From the NCBI GenBank assembly GCA_051294375.1, contig CM119266.1:3100558-3164557 (forward strand): a DNA stretch of 64,000 nt, in the 5' to 3' direction. The stretch comes from Paraspadella gotoi. Lineage: Eukaryota; Animalia; Chaetognatha. A program made the position numbers and the translations under genes. Every line of letters begins with the position of its first letter. The stretch's first letter is position 1. Of this stretch, positions 62,912-64,000 are shown in pieces. The notes under the pieces were generated by a model. It saw nothing but the letters and a program-made list of their open reading frames with translations. It made no database searches and was not told where the DNA came from.

Positions 62912-64000
62912 GTGAGTTTGGGGTTCAGGCAAGGTGGCGAGTGGTCATGCGTGGGTTCAGCGCGTGACAGGTCAGCATGTGCGTTTACAGCCGTATGCGG
63001 TCAGAGTGCGTTCAAGCGTGGCGTCAAGCTGCCGCGATCAGGTTAGAGGCCTTTCAGGATTGGAGTCGCATGTGGGTCAGCCGCGTGCGGCTAAGGTGTG
63101 GGTCAAGGGTGGGCGTCAGCTCGGTCAGGGTGGGTTCAGGTTGGGTTCAAGCTGGGTCAGCGTGGTGAGTCAGGTGGGCTCAGGTCAGTGTGACGTGACG
63201 GTGAGCGGTCAGCAGCTGCTGGTGCAGAGTGGGTTAACAGGTCAGCGGGCGACCAGCAGAAAGGAACACAAATGTATGGATNNNNNNNNNNNNNNNNNNN
63301 NNNNNNGAGAGTTAAAAATTAAGAGAGAAAATGAACTCAAAGCGGATGTGGGCAAGCTCATTTAATTTACGAATGCAAAATAAAAAAAATTAAAAAAATG
63401 AAATATTTTATTAATAAAGGAACCATGAAAAGTTGACTAATTTTTAATCAATGTTAGTAGATTTTAACTCAAAATCATTATGTCGTGTTAAATAAAAATT
63501 TTACAGATTTAAGTTAATTAAATTTTAACCGAAGCCTCATTTGTATCTTTTCGATCGTGTTGTTGACTCGGTTTAATATAAGAAATCTATTTCTTTGTTA
63601 TTCATACATTTAAGATTACAGAAGATCATAGAAAGGGAGGAGGTAAAAGACAAAATATCAGTCAAGGGAGAGAAGAAAGGAGATAGAAAAAAAAAGGAAA
63701 ATAGAAAAGGAAGGGAAGAAAGGAAGATAAAAAAAGAAAAGAGAATGAGAGAGAAAAAGTAAAGCCGAACAATCTCTCTTCTCCTCTCTCTCTCTCTCTC
63801 TCTCTCCCTCTTCTCTCTCTCTCTCTCTTCTCTCTCTCCACTCAGGGGGAAAACGTCAAAATATAAATAGCTTCTAATGACTTTGAAGAGAAACAAAGTA
63901 ACAACTTCGGTTGAGCGACGATAACACGACGATGTCGCACAGACGACAGAGACCAATAGCTGACACCAAACAGCGCGACCGGACGAGTCTAAACTATATA

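Noticed and set aside
62497-63280. GC-rich bacterial contaminant or horizontally transferred ORFs
   Set aside because: Explained as a frameshifted spliceosomal exon (AG..GTGAGT) of the M17 gene followed by a GGGTCA-type intronic repeat.
3909-63956. Many ORFs with RERERE, SLSLSL, TTTT, RRRR, VVVV or FLSF runs, or through N gaps
   Set aside because: Translations of (GA)n, (GAC)n and (TTTC)n microsatellites or gaps.

Overview
AT-rich, microsatellite-dense eukaryotic (animal-like) genomic DNA with GT-AG introns as short as ~44 nt; nothing here looks prokaryotic. The scaffold is low quality: at least eight gaps of exactly 25 N, indel-riddled stretches, and several inverted or tandem duplications that look like noisy long-read gap filling or amplification chimeras. 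Best-supported genes: (1) a + strand M17 leucyl-aminopeptidase-family gene (W07G4.4-like), four exons over ~14 kb (48777-62911), missed by the ORF track because of frameshifts; (2) a fibrinogen-related-domain terminal exon (33754-33946); (3) three phase-consistent terminal exons of an unidentified gene (-, 2187-2591); (4) Asp-rich spliced exons (5396-5867; 30013-30376); (5) a signal-peptide first exon (29496-29658). Mobile DNA includes a decayed Tc1/mariner-type transposase, a decayed Cc8K15.2-like DNA transposon and Helentron/DINE-1-like ends. The most interesting signal is two families of short TG..CA-type elements (one copy with a 4-bp ATAT target-site duplication) carrying a TATA-like box followed by a tRNA-like Pol III A/B-box promoter: candidate solo LTRs of tRNA-bearing non-autonomous LTR elements rather than ordinary SINEs. 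All family assignments are from motif recognition by eye, not database searches.
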